NCBI GenBank assembly: GCA_030770535.1
Contig: JASVEC010000025.1
Coordinates: forward strand, 372,001-436,000
DNA from: Batkoa obscura
Lineage: Eukaryota
Length of the DNA stretch: 64,000 nucleotides
Direction: 5' to 3'
Part shown: positions 27,410 through 39,971 of the stretch, one piece after another
Layout of the letters: each line of letters starts with the position of its first letter
How positions within the stretch are numbered: position 1 is the first letter of the stretch
The notes under the pieces: model-generated
What the model was told of the DNA's origin: nothing
Database searches by the model: none
The model's input: the letters and a program-made list of their open reading frames with translations, nothing else
Translations under genes and position numbers: made by a program

Positions 27410-27659
27410 TTTTTAGGGTGAATATTGATAAGTGTTGAGGATTGGGTGTAAGTTAATGAGAAAATAAACGAAAAGAAAAGAGAGATAAAGCTATTTTTTT
27501 GAGTTTTGAAAGTTTTTAGGACTTTTCTACAGAACAAGCTAAATATAGTAAAAATCAACACTTGAATTCATAACCCAATAAATTAAGAATAAATTAGTTA
27601 TATCATTTTTATTTTTTTAAATATTTTAATTTCAATCACAATAAAAACAATACCAAATT

Positions 27660-27771
27660 AAACTAACAAACTAACAAACTAACAAGCTAACAAGCTAACA
27701 AACTAACAAACTAACAAACTAACAAGCTAACAAGCTAACAAACTAACAAACTAACAAACTAACAAACTAAC
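27660..27771 (+). repeat. 8-bp tandem array (AAACTAAC/AAGCTAAC) x14
   Basis: Directly visible, with a 3+2,3+2,4 higher-order pattern. Confidence 0.95.
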
Positions 27772-27882
27772 ACTTTAAACTGTATTCAAAAATACTAAAA
27801 TTTCAATTCTCAACCTAAAATAAAAATTCAACTCTATTTTAAAAAACCCATTTTTATTTCTTTTTTCTTATAAAAAAATTAA

Positions 27883-28596
27883 ATGATTCTACTAAACGAC
27901 GATTCGAATTCCGCCACCACAAACTCTACAACTATTTCAACAACCAACACTAATTTAGACCCCATCACATTCACTCAATATAAAGATGAATCTCAATTAC
28001 CTAATATAATGAGTTTAATAAGTAAAGATTTAAGTGAACCATACTCTATCTTTACTTATCGTTATTTTTTATTTAATTGGCCACAGTTAGCTTATTTAGT
28101 AAGAGTTTATCATTCTTAATTCATACATGATATTAATGTAAAATTATTATTATTATTATTATTATTATAACTAGGCCCATGATATTAATGGCACTTTAGT
28201 TGGTGTTGTTGTTGCAAAATTGGATACTCATAAAGATCGAAAAAGAGGGTATATAGCTATGTTGGCTGTAGACGCTAGGTTTAGGAAAAGGGGAATAGGT
28301 AAATATACCCTTTAATTTTATAACAACATACATACACATTTAGCTAACTTCTTCTTTTGTTATTATTTTTTTTTTCTTATTTACTTAATATTCTCTTTAT
28401 AGGCTCTAAATTAGTGCAACATAGCATCCAATCTATGGTTGAAAATGAAGCTGATGAAGTAGTTTTAGAAGCTGAAGCAAGTAATTTAGGTGCTTTAGCA
28501 TTATATGAACATTTAGGTTTTATTCGACATAAAAGAATGCATCGGTATTATTTAACTGGAATTGATGCTTTTAGATTAAAATTATGGTTAAAATGA
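27883..28596 (+). CDS. MAK3: NatC catalytic subunit Mak3/Naa30 (exons 27883-28098, 28175-28298, 28403-28596)
   Basis: DLSEPYSIFTYRYF, RGYIAMLAVDARFRKRGIG, ALALYEHLGF and RYYLTGIDAFRLKLW. Confidence 0.95.
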
Positions 28597-28777
28597 GTAA
28601 GAAGAGGCCATGTTGGGATGGGCAGAGAATAAGATTTTTTTATAATTAAGTGTTTTTTTTCGGATATATTAAGGAATAAAAGCGAATGATGTAAAAAAAA
28701 TTAAAAATCATAATTTTGAACTTTAATTATTTTATCACTTTTTCACTCAATTTAATAAACACTTAACGCTCATCAGT

Positions 28778-29929
28778 ATGTCAACACTTCCGAAAAAAAC
28801 AGCCGTAACAGTCTTTACAGGTTTTTTAGGAGCTGGTAAAACTACAATTTTAATTTCTTTATTAAAAAATTTGAATCAAAATATTAACATTGCTATATTA
28901 AAAAATGAATTTGGGGATAGTAAAGTGGATAGTAAATTATTACAAATACAAATGGATCGATTAAATCAAAGTGAAGTAGAAGAAAATGATAGCAATAATA
29001 TTACCAAAGGAACTACCGAAACTAAAGAAACCAAAGATTTGGAAGATATCATTGATAACAATAGTCCCCCAACTTCTTTTAAAATCAATGAAATTATCAA
29101 TGGTTGTTTATGTTGCGTTCTCATCGGTCAACTTAAAACTGGTCTCCTTGATCTCAAAGCTCAATACAACCCAGATCTCATTATCATAGAAACGAGTGGC
29201 TCTGCTTTTCCAGCTCCTATAGCTTGGCAAATCAAAGAGCTCTCTAATAACAACATTTATCTCGATGCCATCATTACTGTTATTGATTGTGTTAATTTTA
29301 TGGGTTATGAGGATACTAGTTATACAGCTAAACTACAAGCTCAATATACGGACTTGATCTTATTAAATAAATGGCAGTTAGTGGGGGAAAGGGAATTGGA
29401 TTTAGTCATTGATAAAGTGAATGAGTTGAATGAAGATACAGCTAGAGTTAAAGTAGGTCAAAATGGGGAGGTGGATAGTAGTTTAGTATTAGGGATTCAT
29501 AGTCGATTTGATTACTTGATTGGGGATATTGGGAAGGGTGATGATGAACATCATTTTAATGAAGTGGAGTTGGTATTGATTAAAGTTAATCAAGAGGATG
29601 GCGTGAGATTTAATAATGGCTTAAAAGAATTGGAAGGATTTATTAAAACATTAAGTAAGGAAGATGTGTATAGGGTGAAAGGAACCATTGAAAGTGAAGA
29701 TCAAAAGTATTTGATTAATTTTGCTTTTCAAAGAGGGGAGTTTACTTTGGTGGATGGAAAGGAGGTTGAGACATTGAAATTGAGTAAAGTTAAATTGGAC
29801 TTAACCGTTATGGGTCAAGGGTTAAAAATATATTTAAAGAAGATAAAACAGTTTTTTGAATTTAAAGGAGAGAATGAGGAGCTTATTGAGGATCCAGCAT
29901 TTGTTAAATATTATCCAGTGAAAAGATGA
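28778..29929 (+). CDS. CobW/COG0523 (ZNG1-like) metallochaperone GTPase
   Basis: TGFLGAGKTT, NEFG, NGCLCC, IETSG and a C-terminal YRVKG. Confidence 0.9.
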   Translation: MSTLPKKTAVTVFTGFLGAGKTTILISLLKNLNQNINIAILKNEFGDSKVDSKLLQIQMDRLNQSEVEENDSNNITKGTTETKETKDLEDIIDNNSPPTSFKINEIINGCLCCVLIGQLKTGLLDLKAQYNPDLIIIETSGSAFPAPIAWQIKELSNNNIYLDAIITVIDCVNFMGYEDTSYTAKLQAQYTDLILLNKWQLVGERELDLVIDKVNELNEDTARVKVGQNGEVDSSLVLGIHSRFDYLIGDIGKGDDEHHFNEVELVLIKVNQEDGVRFNNGLKELEGFIKTLSKEDVYRVKGTIESEDQKYLINFAFQRGEFTLVDGKEVETLKLSKVKLDLTVMGQGLKIYLKKIKQFFEFKGENEELIEDPAFVKYYPVKR

Positions 29930-29984
29930 AACTAAATAAAAAAGTAGTTGTTTAATTAAATTAAATCAAATTTATTTTTTATTC

Positions 29985-30905
29985 TTATTTTTGTTTATTG
30001 CTATTAACCCTTCTTGATCTATAAGGAAGCAACAAATTCCTATTGATAATCTCTTCCTTCTGTTTAGGAAATTGCTTTACATACCACTCTTTTGTCAGAC
30101 CAGCCGTAATATTTAAATTCATACCAACAAACAATAAACAAAACACTAACTCTATAGTACTTCCAAACAATATCATAAAACAAGTATAAATTATGATTTC
30201 AAAAAAATAATGTGGGGCAATGGAGTTTCTGAAGTAGGAAATATTAGGCAATTCGTATGCAGAAGAGGAGGAGGTTTTAAGATTGGATAGGCAATAGTGA
30301 CAGTGATATTGTTGATAATTGGAGTAGAAAAATAAGAGTATGAAGAAATTTTGCATTATGAAAAGGAGAGGTGAAGATATACTACCAGTGGCGGAGGTAA
30401 TTCCCCCCTCATTATTCTCCATTAATTTTAAAAAACAACCTAGAATAAAACAAGTGTAATGCACTAAACCAAGGATAAAAACTATTATATGCATTTGAAC
30501 TTTAGAACTTAATTTTTGAATATAAAGACACTCATATACCCTTCGAGTGAAATGGAAAGGTAATAGGAAAGAGAATAAAAAGTAATTAAAATTGAATGGG
30601 ATTGAAGTGGTGAAGAATAGATAGAAATTTAATAGGATAGTGAGTGAGATTGAATAAATATAATAATATTTAAATGAAGATTTATTTATTGTTAAATTTA
30701 AACCAAAGTTGATTAGTTTATGAAAAATTGTATTATCTTCTTTTGTTGTTACTCCTTCAAGTCCTTTTAATTTTTCTCTAGTTTTACCATAATGTGTAAT
30801 CAATTTAATTTGATCTGGTAAATAATTAATAATTAACATTAACCCAATTTTAATTGTATAAACAAGTTTAATAAACAACTTAATCTCTTCATGATATTTT
30901 AACAT
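29985..30905 (-). CDS. DFG10: Polyprenol/polyprenal reductase (steroid 5-alpha reductase family)
   Basis: KS.FKYYY, HFTRRVYEC, MHIIVFILGLVHY, QYHCHYCL, PHYFFEIIIY and WY..QF. Confidence 0.85.
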   Translation of the reverse strand: MLKYHEEIKLFIKLVYTIKIGLMLIINYLPDQIKLITHYGKTREKLKGLEGVTTKEDNTIFHKLINFGLNLTINKSSFKYYYIYSISLTILLNFYLFFTTSIPFNFNYFLFSFLLPFHFTRRVYECLYIQKLSSKVQMHIIVFILGLVHYTCFILGCFLKLMENNEGGITSATGSISSPLLFIMQNFFILLFFYSNYQQYHCHYCLSNLKTSSSSAYELPNISYFRNSIAPHYFFEIIIYTCFMILFGSTIELVFCLLFVGMNLNITAGLTKEWYVKQFPKQKEEIINRNLLLPYRSRRVNSNKQK

Positions 30906-31054
30906 CCTTATTTTATAAATTCAGAAAATTAAAAAAAAGAAAATAAAAATTTTATTTCAAAAAATGAGTTTAAAAAATACAAAAAATAAGACTATACAAA
31001 AAAAGAATGAATCAAAAGAGAGTATGTATATATTAAATTCCACTTTCAATTAGC

Positions 31055-31523
31055 TTAAACAATAATACCTCTAATATACTCAATCAACCTCTCTGAATAC
31101 CTCCCTGGTTCTTCTACTGAAAATTCAAATTGATGTGGTTGAAATGGGAAACCTGAATTATTATTATTATTATTATTTGGTGTATTAATTGTAGGTGTTG
31201 AATGAGGTGTATTAACTTGTTTCACTTTAGTGTGTGGTGATGTATGACTACGATGTAATTCTTTGTTATTATTATCATTATTTAATTCCATTTTATTCTT
31301 TTTTCTCTTTTCTTCTAATATTCTTTCTTTTTCTACTTCTTCTTCTTCTTCTGGTGATCCAAATTTAAGTCCTGTTAAAAAAGGAGAATCTTGAGGTAAA
31401 GAAGAGGATATTGATTGTTTACGTAATCTACTTGGATTATTATTATTATTGTTGTTAGCTGATACATTAACACTATTAGTTTTAAAATCTAAAGAATCAG
31501 CCGAATTAGGTCTTCCATTATTA

Positions 31524-31564
<41 letters not shown>

Positions 31565-34414
31565 GTTATTATTATTATTATTTGGTAATTTAGGTAAGAA
31601 CAAAGGAGTCAAATTACCTTGTTGATTATTATTACCACCTAATAATCTTGCATTATAACCTTTAATACCTTTTTCTAACCATTTAACAATAGTATATTTT
31701 TGTAAAATATCAATTATACCAAAGAAATAAATTTCTTGATTTGGTAATTTAATGGATTTTACACCATCTTTCCAATAATCATTAATATTATAATCTTCAA
31801 ATTCTAAAAAGGGCGTGTTTTCATTACTAGTTAAATATTGAGTAGGTTGTTCATCACGGACAGGTAATGTACATGCTGGATCAAAATAATCATTATTTTC
31901 TTTCATTGAATTGTTATCATTATTATTATTATTATTATTACTATTTAATTGATTCGGATGTAATATTGAAGTTAATAAATTGGATGCTTGTGAAATAAAA
32001 GGTTGAATTAATGAATTTGGATGAGTATGTGGAGAAGGTAATGGACTATTATTATTATTTCTATTAGATATAACTGAAGTTGGTCTTGAACTATTAATTG
32101 ATTGAGGGGGAGTTAATGTTTGTGATACTTTAAGTTGACTATTACTACTACTATTAAGTTGATTATTATTATTATTATTATTAGTAATTCTATGTATTCC
32201 TACTAATAATGAATAATCCATAAAAGCAAATTTTTTCAGTAAAGCTAAATCATCTTCTAACTGATTTAATAATTTTTGTTTATTTTTATTACCTAAATGA
32301 ATCAAATTAGTTTGACCTTGAAATACCCGATATTGAAAATCTAAATCTTTTAAAGTTAAATGACTAACTTCTTGTTTTCTTTCATCAATTGTTGGTGGTA
32401 TATTACTAGTTGATACTGGTAATGTATGTCTTCCTACATTTGATCCTTTAAAATCATATCTTTCATTAATTGTTAGAGGTGTATCAAATACATTAGCCAT
32501 TAATACTAAGATCATTTTTTGTGGGAATGCGTCATCAGAAGGTGGTAATATTTGTTGCTGTGATAATGGAAATGATGCTGCCACAGCTGCTTCCATAGAA
32601 TCCATTGAACTATTATTATTATTATTATTATTGGAATTCAGTTTATTTAAACTTGGTGAATTATCTTTTAAGTTGGGATTATTATTATTTAAATTATTAA
32701 AAGATGCAATTTTTTCAAATGTATACATACCCAAATAACGAGGTAATAAAGTATTTGGATTTCTTCTAATATGATCTAAATAATCGGGTAAAAAGTTCTT
32801 TAAATTATCTGGTTCTGAATTTCTTAATGTTTTAAACATAAATTTAGCATTATTACTTGTTAAAAAGAATATAGCTTCTGATTTTCCAGCTGTTGATGTT
32901 ATACTACCGAAGGGATTTAATAAGGCATCATCAAATTCTTTTAAGTTGTAACCAAAACTTTTTCGTATCATTCGAAATGCTATAGGTGCATGATCAGTGA
33001 ACTTTACTTTACCATAATTAGGTATTATCCACTCATAATTCATTTCATTTGTAAAATAATGACGATCTAATAATGATTTAAATAACATATTATTATTAAC
33101 TAATAATTGTGATTTTTTGTTTTTGTTTTCTTTAATTTCCCCATTAAACAATACACTATTAGATAGCATTTTATCATTAAATTTCACGTTCTTATTATTG
33201 ACTTCATTATTATTATTATTGTTATTACTCTTTTCCTTAGTATTATCTTTATTATCCTTCTCATTACTATTAATACTCTCTTCAATTTTATGAATTCTTT
33301 TAGGTCGATTAGGTATTTTAACTTTATCATCTATAATAAAATAAAATAAAAATAAACATTAAATTATATAAAATAGACTTACCATCTCCCTTTTCTTCAT
33401 TATCCCTAAACACATCAAAAATGGGCGGCGATGTAGCTCTTTGTTTTAATTTATGCATTTTATTTTTATTTTTTACCAAATCTTTCCCTTTAGTATCTAA
33501 TTCATTTCTATTAATAACAGAAGTTGATCTAGATCTTAAACTATCCCCTGTAATTAAAATAGAACCATGACTTGAATATGTAGTTTCCTCATTAGATTTA
33601 ATTTTAATACTTAAATTATTACTTCCAATTGATGTAGTTGATTTTGTATGTCGATGTCCATATTTATTTCTTAATATAGTACTATGGTTGAAATGAGGAT
33701 TATTATTATTAGTATGATTATTATTATTTCCATTATTTCCACCACTATTATTAGTCATTTCCCATGGATAAAGTGATGAATTTAATGCAATTGTTTCTGG
33801 TGATACTTCCGCATAATACAAACAAGATCTAACTGCATATCTAAGTTGTTGACCTAATGGAGGTTCATTCGAATGTTTTAAAATGGATTTTGCTATTTCT
33901 TTTTTACGATTAAATTCTTTCCATCGAACTTCACTTTCTAAATTAATATTAGAAATTTCTGGAAATTGGGAAGCTGGTATCGTCGAATAAGTTGAAAATA
34001 AATCATCCATATTATTGTTTCGAGATGAAGCTAATGGGTTTGAGATAGATAGTTTTCGTGGTTCATAGTTATTGAGGAGATCATTAGTACCATAGGAAGG
34101 TGTCAATGTACCGGAAGATAATCGGTTTAATAAAGGACCTCTCTCCCCTTCTATATCAGTAAAATGACTATCATATAAAGACCTAATTTAGTTGTTTTAG
34201 GATGAAATTATTATTTTTATAATTATTTAATTTACCTTATTAATTTACGTCTTGAATATCTTCTATATAAAAAATAGGTAGTGTAACCTAGAATAAATCC
34301 AAAGATAATAAACAAAAAAGAGATATATAAGTTGACATTTTCGCTTATATTTAAACTTATTGAATTGGGGTAATTCTCCTTTTTATTATTTTTAATGGCT
34401 AATAAATTAAACAT
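31055..34414 (-). CDS. PI4P 5-kinase family protein with a predicted N-terminal TM anchor (~1084 aa; introns 34183-34235, 33331-33382)
   Basis: GKSEAIFF, PNTLLPRYLG, YDFKGS, LKDLDF, MDYSLLVGIH and GIIDILQ. Three ORFs are joined in frame by GT-AG introns. Confidence 0.85.
31518..31581. repeat. (AAT)n coding microsatellite, poly-Asn in the PIP kinase
   Basis: TTA/TTG triplet run. Confidence 0.9.
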
Positions 34415-35736
34415 AATGATTAATAATAATTTCTCAAGTTGGGCTATACAGAATTATTATTCTTTTTATTATACTATTATTATTATTATTGTACAAACTC
34501 TAACTAATTAACGCAATATTAATACAAATTTATTAAAAAAAGAGAGATAAAGTAAATTTTTATTAAATAGATTTAAAGTGTTATTTTTTTATTTTGGGGA
34601 AAAGAAAGAGTGGCACCAATCAAGGTAGATTCCAAGTCATGATTATTTCATTGTTGATTTGGTAGTACCCCCTAACTTCAATTTTATTTAATCAAGTGAT
34701 TGGTAAGTTTTAAAGATAATTGATATTTTCATTATTCCTTATCAAATATAATATCTTTTGTAAAAAATATTATTTATTAAACTATAAAAGTATGTTATTA
34801 TTGTTTAGACTATATTATATAACTATTTGATATTCTATTTAAATTTCAAATGTCTATTTATCTATTTAATTTTTTCAAGCTCCTTAATTTTTTTTCACTC
34901 ATGAATCTTAAATAATAACTAATTTCATTTGTCTCAATTTTGCCCGTTCCCACATTTATTATTTTATTTTATAATAACTTTTTGGCTTTTATTCTTAGGT
35001 TGATTAAAATCGATAGATATCATAATTTGTTAGTTATTATATCGACGGATTTACCCTTCAAGTCAGAAGCCAATATCGAATTATCACAATCAATCTATTG
35101 TTATTATATATTAATATTATTACAAGTTTCATTTACTTGGCAAATTGAATAATCTCTTTAAAAATAACTTTTTTTAAACTCAGCTTTATTTATTAACTTA
35201 AGTTTAGGCTTGAGGATCGGATTTCTTATAAATAAGTTTAGTTTTATATATTTTTAGTTTATAATAATGTAATATTGATATAATAATTAATTAAGGTTTC
35301 AATAAATTAATAGATTTAATAAATTAATATTAACATGTGTTTAAAAATTAATTGTAAATATTTTATTATAACTATTTTTAGCTATTATTTTTTAAAATAA
35401 GTTGATTTATGATCACATATTAAGCTGAGGCTTAAATTGATATTATTATACTACTAATGAAAATTTCTATTGTTTCTTAATCTTGGAAGGTAATTAACCT
35501 CATGGCTTTTCATTGTTGTGCAAAATGGTTTTAAAATATTGAGGTATTTATTTTAAGGATTTGTTTTTTGTATTGAAAATTCTTGTAAATCTTATTAAAC
35601 TTTTGAATTGTTAGTAATAGTACAAAATATTATTTATTTTTTAAAACAATTCTTATATTCATTATAATAACTAGATATAAGAAGTATTGATATAAATTAT
35701 AATTATTAGATCCAGCTCTAATTATAATAATTAACC

Positions 35737-37008
35737 TCAATCATTACATAGGTTTAAAGATGTTCTATTTTGAATAGTATTATTAGAACTAAACGTAACT
35801 CGAACTAAAAAATAAGTTTAATATTAGTTTATATTTAACAATATATAACTTACTATATTTTCCTAACCCTTTACCAAAATTACGATAACATTGAATAATC
35901 AATCCAATAGTAATTAATATAAAAATTAATGATATAAAGCCTAATAAAATAATTAGTTTTAAATGTTATATTTAATCTTATATATACTTACAAAATAATG
36001 ACATAAAATTTCTAAATCGATTATAATCCTCTAGTGTATAAATACGATAAATTTTAAATATGAAATAAGTAGCTCCACTTGTTAACCCGAAAAGAGAAAT
36101 GTAACATAAAATTGAATTTTCTCTTTGTACTGATATTATTGCGATTAATAATATTATTACAGCTAATGGTACTGATGCAATAGTTAATGGATATTCATAA
36201 TTATCTGTCTTTAAAAATAAACATAAAAACTGATAAGTAAACCCAAAAAAGAAAAAAACGTCGAATTTCAAAAACATTAATAATAAATGATAAAGCATAT
36301 AATATCCTGCAATTATTAGTATTTGAATAATAATGATATGTTGAAAAAATATTACTTCTCATTGTTAAATCAGATCCCGTTTTTCTATAAATATCCCATC
36401 CAAACTCTTGATAACATTTAAAACCAGAATAAGCTAAGGCTATTTGACAAATTGCTATTATTGATGCTACTGAAATAACTACTTTTTTTATCATTTCAAG
36501 CCTATCAAAAAAGTAATCATCACCATTATAAAATTCAGCAATACTTTTATATTGGAAATATTGAAATATTGAGTAAACAAAAGACATAATATTAAATAAA
36601 ATCAATCCAAATATTTGTAATGTATTTTTAAAAAACACCTAAATAATTGATTAGTCTAAATTAAAATTTATATTATTACATATTATTACTGATTCCATAC
36701 TAATAACGACTTGAAATACTTGGGATACGATAAATATAATAAGATAAGATTGAAGCGGTTCAACCTGATCATCATTAGTAAATCTTTCATCAGTATCATT
36801 TTTAGATGAAATAATTTGATAATATAATATTCCTTCTAATGCTATAACTACAGCTCCTTGTATAAACGAAATGCATATAAAAATCACTGAGTTAAATGAT
36901 TTTGACTAAATGTTTAAATGTTAATGATATTAATAGTCAAAAATATGAAATTTGTTTTACCCATGGAGTGTCTGTTTTTAATCTTAGTCTATTGATGAGG
37001 GATCGCAT
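35737..37008 (-). CDS. UPF0658-like multi-pass membrane protein, multi-exon
   Basis: EFGWDIYRKTGSDLTMR...FLKFDVFFFFGF..QF, vqREN, and NFGKGL near the C-terminus. Confidence 0.7.
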
Positions 37009-37761
37009 ATTCTCTTTATTGACACTCAAATTTAAATCCAACTTTATATATATTATAATTAAACTATATTTTTAATATCAAGAACCTCCTAAATAATAAA
37101 TTATCAAATTAACCTTAAAATCAGAATCTATTTTAACTTTATTGGCTGAATTCATCATGCTAGCCTTGAATTATCCCTTTTAAGAAGTTATTTTTATCAT
37201 ATCTTCCTTAATTCGTCCGCTTTTATCAATTTACCTTATCTCATAAATTAAATTTGTCATAAATAATTTTGCTAATAGAATAGTTTTGTTTTATAAAATG
37301 ATTCTGCTTTACAAATTAATTTATTATTTAATTTGTTCTAATAGACTTTTATCTATAATCAAAGTGTAAGGCTTAAGGTTTAAAATACTTTATCAACTAT
37401 TTTAATATAATTCCTAAGTGTAACATACTATCTATTAAGAACAAATTATTCTTTTATATATTACAAAACCTATAGGTATTTATAGTTTAATTTATAATGT
37501 CTTTTTATTACTTAATTATCACTTGATATGTACGTAATATTAATCATTGTATCTAGTTTATCCCCATTTGTAAGGATATATTTTTATTCCATAGAACTTA
37601 TTATGTATATTTATCTCCACTATCTTATTTAGTATAACACCATTTATTGAATGTATTATGAAGTGCTATTTGAATAATTTTAAAAATGTTTAAGGTTGAA
37701 ATGACAATAGTAAAGTAGATTAAAGTTACAACAAAAATAACAAAAATAACAAAAATGGTTT

Positions 37762-39435
37762 TTATTCCTTTTTATCTTTAAGTTTTACTTTAAAGCTATT
37801 AATAAAGCGGATATATAGACTAGTCCCTATATATATGCTAAACAATACCATCAAAATAAATGGTATATAGATATCTAAACCATAAGCTCGAATAAATCCC
37901 ATTTTATGAGATACTGGTATCAAATGCTTTGTTTCGCAAGGTGGTAAGTTTAATTTTGGATCAAATGCTTCAAAAGGACGGCAAGATTTAGCTAAATAAG
38001 CATGGGATTCAATTAAAGTAGCAGCGTAATCTAGTCTCTTTGAGTAATATTGCATCATAGCATTGAATTTACTTATATTATTTTTAAACTCTTGATCTGA
38101 ATCATTTAATAATGTCTTTGCTTTGTCAATAAAATCAGATGATGTGAAGTCTATTTTATCAAGATATAATCCAAGCTTATTACTAACAATTTTATACGCA
38201 TTACGGAATTGGTCTCCAAATAAAGGTAAGCAGAGTATCTTAGTAGAAGATGATACAGCTTCAACCATAGATTCCATACCACTATGACTTAAAAACACTT
38301 TAACATGATTATGATTTAATAACTCAACTTGTGGAGCCCAACTTAAAATTTTAATATGTTGATGTTGATTATTAAAAAATGGCCCTGTTTGAATAGTTTC
38401 ATTATCTATAATAATTTCAGCTGGAAACTCGCTTGACTTTGTTTTTCCTAATCCCCAAATAACACCATCAATACTCTTCTCATTTAGTAATAAAATACTG
38501 GACGTTAAAATACGTTCGACTAATTCTTTATTCAATACTGAAAATGACCCGAATCCGATATATAATATATGCTTATGATCTTTTAAATAGTTGATTAATT
38601 CTTCAGATTCTAGTTCCTTGTTTTTATATGATAAAATTGGTCCAACTTGAAATAAATTAGGCTGCAATGGTAAAGCAGGCTCAAATCCGGTAAAAGTATT
38701 ACCAAGAATGATAGGGTAAACACTATCACCAAATAATTTCATTCCTATATTAACTTTATATTCGGACTCTACTTTTTTAATGGTGTTAATTAGCGGTAGT
38801 ACTTTAAATATACTATGAATCGGGTCAACAACAAGCTGATGAAATCTCTCAAAGTATGTCAACTCATCCATTGTTATTGGTCCATAGCTTAACCTCTTAG
38901 TAATATATGGTATATTAGTGAACTCAGCAATATCGGTAGATTGGATACTTACAACTAAAGGAATTCCTATTTCTCTAGCAAGTATTAAACAAGGAACTGA
39001 AAAAAAATCACATACAATAAGATCCGGTTTAGATTCTATTAGATAAGGCTTTAAACTATGATACATTGTTTTAAAAGAGCCTTCCAAAATTGGTGAAAAT
39101 CTTAAAACTATTCCTTCAAGTGGGTCGTATTCAATACCTTCTTTTAATACTGTATTATAAGCCATAGTATATACCTCTTCTTCACTAAGTATACTTTTCC
39201 CAATGCTATAATTTTTCATCCCTTGATATCCTGCTATGTATTTCATATTTTCATCAACACCTACATACGTAACTTCATGACCACGCTCAATTAACTTCTC
39301 GCTATAATCCAATATACTCTTTACGTGCGATCTTCCTCCAAATCCACTATGAACAGCAATATTCAAACCTTGTTTTAAACAAATAATAGTATTAACTACT
39401 AGTAATAAAAGCCAAAAGGTGGTAATTATCTTCAT
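37762..39435 (-). CDS. UDP-glycosyltransferase (GT1/UGT), type I ER membrane form
   Basis: Signal peptide; GGRSH; WAPQVELLNH..VKVFLSHSGMESMVEA...PLFGDQ signature; C-terminal TM and Lys-rich tail. Confidence 0.93.
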   Translation of the reverse strand: MKIITTFWLLLLVVNTIICLKQGLNIAVHSGFGGRSHVKSILDYSEKLIERGHEVTYVGVDENMKYIAGYQGMKNYSIGKSILSEEEVYTMAYNTVLKEGIEYDPLEGIVLRFSPILEGSFKTMYHSLKPYLIESKPDLIVCDFFSVPCLILAREIGIPLVVSIQSTDIAEFTNIPYITKRLSYGPITMDELTYFERFHQLVVDPIHSIFKVLPLINTIKKVESEYKVNIGMKLFGDSVYPIILGNTFTGFEPALPLQPNLFQVGPILSYKNKELESEELINYLKDHKHILYIGFGSFSVLNKELVERILTSSILLLNEKSIDGVIWGLGKTKSSEFPAEIIIDNETIQTGPFFNNQHQHIKILSWAPQVELLNHNHVKVFLSHSGMESMVEAVSSSTKILCLPLFGDQFRNAYKIVSNKLGLYLDKIDFTSSDFIDKAKTLLNDSDQEFKNNISKFNAMMQYYSKRLDYAATLIESHAYLAKSCRPFEAFDPKLNLPPCETKHLIPVSHKMGFIRAYGLDIYIPFILMVLFSIYIGTSLYIRFINSFKVKLKDKKE

Positions 39436-39483
39436 CTTAAATTTATTTAGTCTTAATTTGTTTTATCCTGCTTTTAAGCATAT

Positions 39484-39578
39484 GGGGATGTATTTTTTGT
39501 AAGAATTTTACTGATAGTTTTTTCACTCAAATAGCGCTTAAAAATGGAAGAAGTGATGAAACCATAAAAAACATCCTC
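39484..39578. mobile_element. MITE family A copy in the UGT promoter
   Basis: Consensus match; ATAT TSD; 48 bp from the UGT ATG. Confidence 0.9.
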
Positions 39579-39899
39579 ATATATAGTGTAGCATTTTTAT
39601 CTTTTTTTACAATCTACCATTCAGCTAAGAATAAAAAAGCAAATTTTTAGAAATTGCAATAATCTTAATTTCTTACTTTAATTTTTGGGACAGTAGGTTA
39701 AATTTGGATTTAATATTAAAATTAAATTTTCCTTATTTGTTTATTTAAAACTCAAAGCACAATTAAGCTTATTGAACATGGTTTTTAGCTATAAGACAGC
39801 TTTCAAATAATAAAATACTTATCAAAAATATGTACAAGAAATCTTGAAAATAATTATTTAATCATGAATTACTTTTTTACAGAAAAAGCAAGTTAATAA

Positions 39900-39971
39900 C
39901 TTCCTCACGGGGAATCGAACCCCGGCCGTTCCGGTGAAAGCGGAAAATCCTAACCACTGGACCATGAAGAA
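39900..39971 (-). tRNA. tRNA-Glu(TTC)
   Basis: 72-nt cloverleaf; anticodon loop CTTTCAC; GGTTCGATTCC; identical to 54334-54405. Confidence 0.95.

Noticed and set aside
27660..27771. CRISPR array or telomere interpretation of the 8-bp repeat
   Set aside because: No spacers, not TTAGGG-type, and internal to a gene-dense block.
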